A DNA stretch of 64,000 bases, from contig MU008178.1 of the NCBI GenBank assembly GCA_010909165.1, positions 384,369-448,368 of the forward strand, in the 5' to 3' direction. Under the pieces are notes generated by a model. The model searched no databases. It saw only the letters and a program-made list of their open reading frames with translations, and was not told the origin of the DNA. Below are positions 61,040 through 64,000 of the stretch, piece by piece. Numbering within the stretch: position 1 is the first letter of the stretch; every line of letters starts with the position of its first letter. Origin of the DNA: Anthoceros angustus (taxonomy: Eukaryota; Plantae; Anthocerotophyta). Made by a program: the position numbers and the translations under genes.

Positions 61040-62400
61040 AAAAGAACGCAAGTGGCTACACGCCGACCTCCTCCGTTGCTCAACCGGGCCTCTCGTCAGA
61101 CGCCTCCGAGTTCCTCCGGCTCACACGCCCGGCCCGCTGCCGGGGCCGCCTGACGAACACGGGTCCCCGCCGCTTCCCCTCGCACACACCACCACACGCT
61201 AGGGTCCGCCACTGTGACCTTGACTGCCTCCGAGCGCCGCTCGCGCTGACTCAGACTCACGTTAGCATGAAGACACACAAGGTGCAAGCAGCATCAACAC
61301 CAAGAGAAGATGATTTATTCAGTTTCACCTCTTATACTACGCCCAAGTCGGCGTCTTTATTACACCCTATTACAGTGGTGGCCACCAAGACGCCCTAATC
61401 GCCGCCTACCATCCTATTCCTCCTCCTATCTCCTTCGCGGTGGGCCTGGAAGGTCCCGGGTTCCGCCCTAGACAGTGGTCCAATCTCCCGTCACGATTGC
61501 GGCGCGCAATCGGATGATCCGCGAGGCGGGCCCTTCCTCTTCCCTAATCTCGCCGTTACACGGGCGCGGCCCGACGACCGCTACACAACGCTCGGCCCCC
61601 GAAAGGTCCCTCCCTAGGGCCACCACTGATCGCCTCCAACAAGCCTGAGGGACCTCCTCCGTTGCTCTCAGGGGCCTCTCGTCAGACTCTGCCGCCCTCC
61701 GGAGTTCCTCCGGCTCACACGTTCCGGTCCGCTCGATCTTGGGCGGCTGCAGACACGGGTCCCAGTCGCTCTCCTGCACACACCACCACGTTAGGGTCCG
61801 TCACGGGACCTTGATCGATCTCTTCTGCCGTGCACCTTTCGATGACTCGGGACTCACGTTAGCATGAAGACACACAAAGGTGCAGCAGAAGCGGCATCAA
61901 CACCAAGAGAAGATGATTTATTGGACCTCGGCCCTCTTATACTCGCCCAAGTCGGCGTCTTTATTACCCTATTACAGTGGTGGCCATTTCGATGCATGTC
62001 GCCGCCTACCATCCTATTCCTCCCTCCTATCTCCTTGCGGTGGGCACAGGAAGGTCACAGGTTCCGTCTATTGGTGGTCCAATCTCCCGTCAGCGTTTTG
62101 CGCGCACCCAATCGGATGATCGCGGTGGGCCCTTCCTCTTCCGGAATCACAGCCGAGGTTGGGCTCGGCGGTGGCGCCGTTACCACGTCTTCCCCAGCCC
62201 CGGTGGGTCCCCTCCGGTGAGACCGTGGCCTCCCCGGCGTAAGTCGGAGGGACTCCTCCTTGCTTCCCGAGTCCGGACCTCCTCCGTTGCTCTCAGGGGC
62301 CTCTCGTCAGACTCTGCCGCCCTCCGGAGTTCCTCCGGCTCACACGTTCCGGTCGCTCGATCTTGGGCGGCTGCAGACACGGGTCCGTCCCCAAGCTCCG
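61040..62400. repeat. About 600-bp tandem repeat, 2-3 diverged copies
   Basis: CCTCCTCCGTTGCTC...CCTCTCGTCAGAC...GAGTTCCTCCGGCTCACACG at about 61068, 61654 and 62277; GTTAGCATGAAGACACAC at 61261 and 61858. Confidence 0.85.
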
Positions 62401-63990
62401 GACCCCTTATCTCATGGACCTCATCGCTAGGCCTCATCTCACCCACCCACCCTTGTCTTGGGTCGGGTTGGTTTTCCTTCCGCGCCTTTCTGTGGCCCCC
62501 ACCTCTATCCTCCCAAAGGTGTGGACTTACCCCGAGGTCCGTTGTATTGGCTGGCCCCGCCTCCTCCCGAGGCTCTTCTCCCTCGCCTCCAAACAGGCCA
62601 CTAGGGTCCCCGTGCTGTCCCCATGTCCTTCATCCCCTTCTGAGCCTTCCGGGGGTCCGTCCGTTTGTAGCGGGCGCTGAGAGGCTTCCAATGCCTTAAG
62701 GAGCTCAGCGTGGTAGTAGGCAAAATCCGAGTCAATTTGCTGGATTGCCTCTTCCACATGTGCCCGGAGCACCCGATACTCCTTCGCCATTGGTGCTCCG
62801 GGAGCTGAGCGTGCTGTCCGGCTTGCTGGACCATCTCCCCTGCCAGGTTCGTTAGCTGGAGCCGGGCCGAATCTCGCGAGGCCACAAGGGACGCCTCGGT
62901 CACCTCCTGCAACCGCCGCTGTTCACCGCCCAGCCTCCGCTGCTTCCGCCTCCGCCATACCCCGCCATAGCGCGGCGCTCCCTTCCGCCTTCCTTAATCG
63001 AAGCCTTCTTCTCGGCCCAGGCTCTCGCCTCCTGCTCATCCCGCCTTTAGCTCCGCCATCTCCTCTCCAGACGGCGGGGCAACTCGCCTGATTGCGTGTT
63101 TCCCTGTGTCCTTCTCCATTTCGGCGACGCCCCGCCTTGTTCCATCGCCTTACCTCCGTCCGCCAATGTAGCCGGAGCCGCTTATCTCTCGCTCGTGATC
63201 CGTGATCACGCCCCGCAGACCATTCCGCTAATGGTAACTTGAGCCGCAGCCTGTGGTCTCTTGCGGTCTTCCATCTCCGCCGTTGCTCCACCTCGCGCAT
63301 GGAGTCAGGAGATCCTCCATCTCCTTGTCGCGGGCTTCCTTCTCCTCGGCATGGCTGCCTGGCCCCGCCTCCGCCGCCTCCTCGCCTCCTTGTTCCATCG
63401 CCTCCTTGTTCCATCGCCTCCTCCACCGGCCGATCACGCCGATAGTGATCGCGGTCGGCCTTAGCAGCCCGCCTCCTCGCCGCCACTGGCTTCGCCACCA
63501 GGCCGGTCCACCGCCGCCCAGTCGCGAGCCTTCTGCGCGCTTCCGGGCCTCCTCTGCCTCTGTGCGCTACCCCTCTCGCTGCGGAGGTCTTGACCGCGCT
63601 TGGGCCTCTGTGCTGCTTGTTCACCCGGTGAAGGAATTTAGTCGTCTGTCGAATGGACGGACTTCCCTTCGGCCTCCGCTTCTTCGATGCGGCCGAGAGC
63701 TTCCGCCTCCTCGCCTCCCGGGGCCTCCAATTGCTCCCTCGGAGGAGCACCATGCGCCTCCTTGTGGCTTCCACTCGGGGTCTTCTCGTCCCGCAGAGAC
63801 CCTCAGCATACCGCCCATGACTGACCCGCCGTGTCTCTTCCACGGCCGCCACCGGTGAGGCCCCAAAAGTCCGTAGTGGGAGCGGCATCTCACGGTCCGC
63901 CAAGGACCTCCATACCGCAGTCCGAGCGAGTCCGACGGGTTCTCGGACCTAATCAGTCCCTTAGGTCCCGAGTGCCGAGGTCCCGAGCTC
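62400..63990 (-). pseudogene. Degenerate E/R/A-rich coiled-coil ORF, probably retroelement gag-side or accessory sequence
   Basis: Frameshifted pieces EKEARDKEMEDLL..MREVEQRRR, LQEVTEASLVASRDSARLQLTNLAGEMVQQAG, AKEYRVLRAHVEEAIQQIDSDFAYYHAELLKALE. No diagnostic domain. Confidence 0.35.
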
Positions 63991-64000
63991 ACCTCCTTGG

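Noticed and set aside
61020-61070. PLAFFSK on the minus strand resembling Ty3/gypsy RNase H
   Set aside because: No surrounding RT/RNase H motifs; likely chance.

Overview
Eukaryotic nuclear DNA from a non-seed land plant. The evidence is spliceosomal introns of about 90-110 bp, a flagellar DRC3 gene, PLS-class PPR motifs, and ASIL-type trihelix and DUF3700 genes. A hornwort or lycophyte is my inference, not something the sequence proves. About 1-40 kb and 54-64 kb are nested, decayed transposable elements; about 40.7-53.8 kb is a compact gene island (coiled-coil gene, ASIL-like trihelix TF, DRC3, TSJT1/DUF3700, MMAB). Main points: (1) a spliced ParB-like + beta-class (N4C/N6A) DNA methyltransferase gene in TE context, its MTase half tandemly duplicated; (2) a C5 DNA methyltransferase remnant with a GWEC motif; (3) a 15.8-kb element bounded by CAC...GTG inverted termini and an AT duplication, carrying a Plavaka transposase, a second ORF and captured host fragments (OSB-type PDF motifs joined to PLS-PPR, LRR, internally deleted NMT); (4) two complementary Copia halves 25 kb apart in opposite orientation, a probable inversion; (5) a B12 adenosyltransferase (MMAB) preceded by an intron-linked 42-aa upstream ORF. 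Many frameshifts fall in homopolymers and many tandem copies differ mainly by indels, so long-read assembly error may inflate both pseudogene and duplication calls. All domain calls come from motif recognition by eye; no searches were run.
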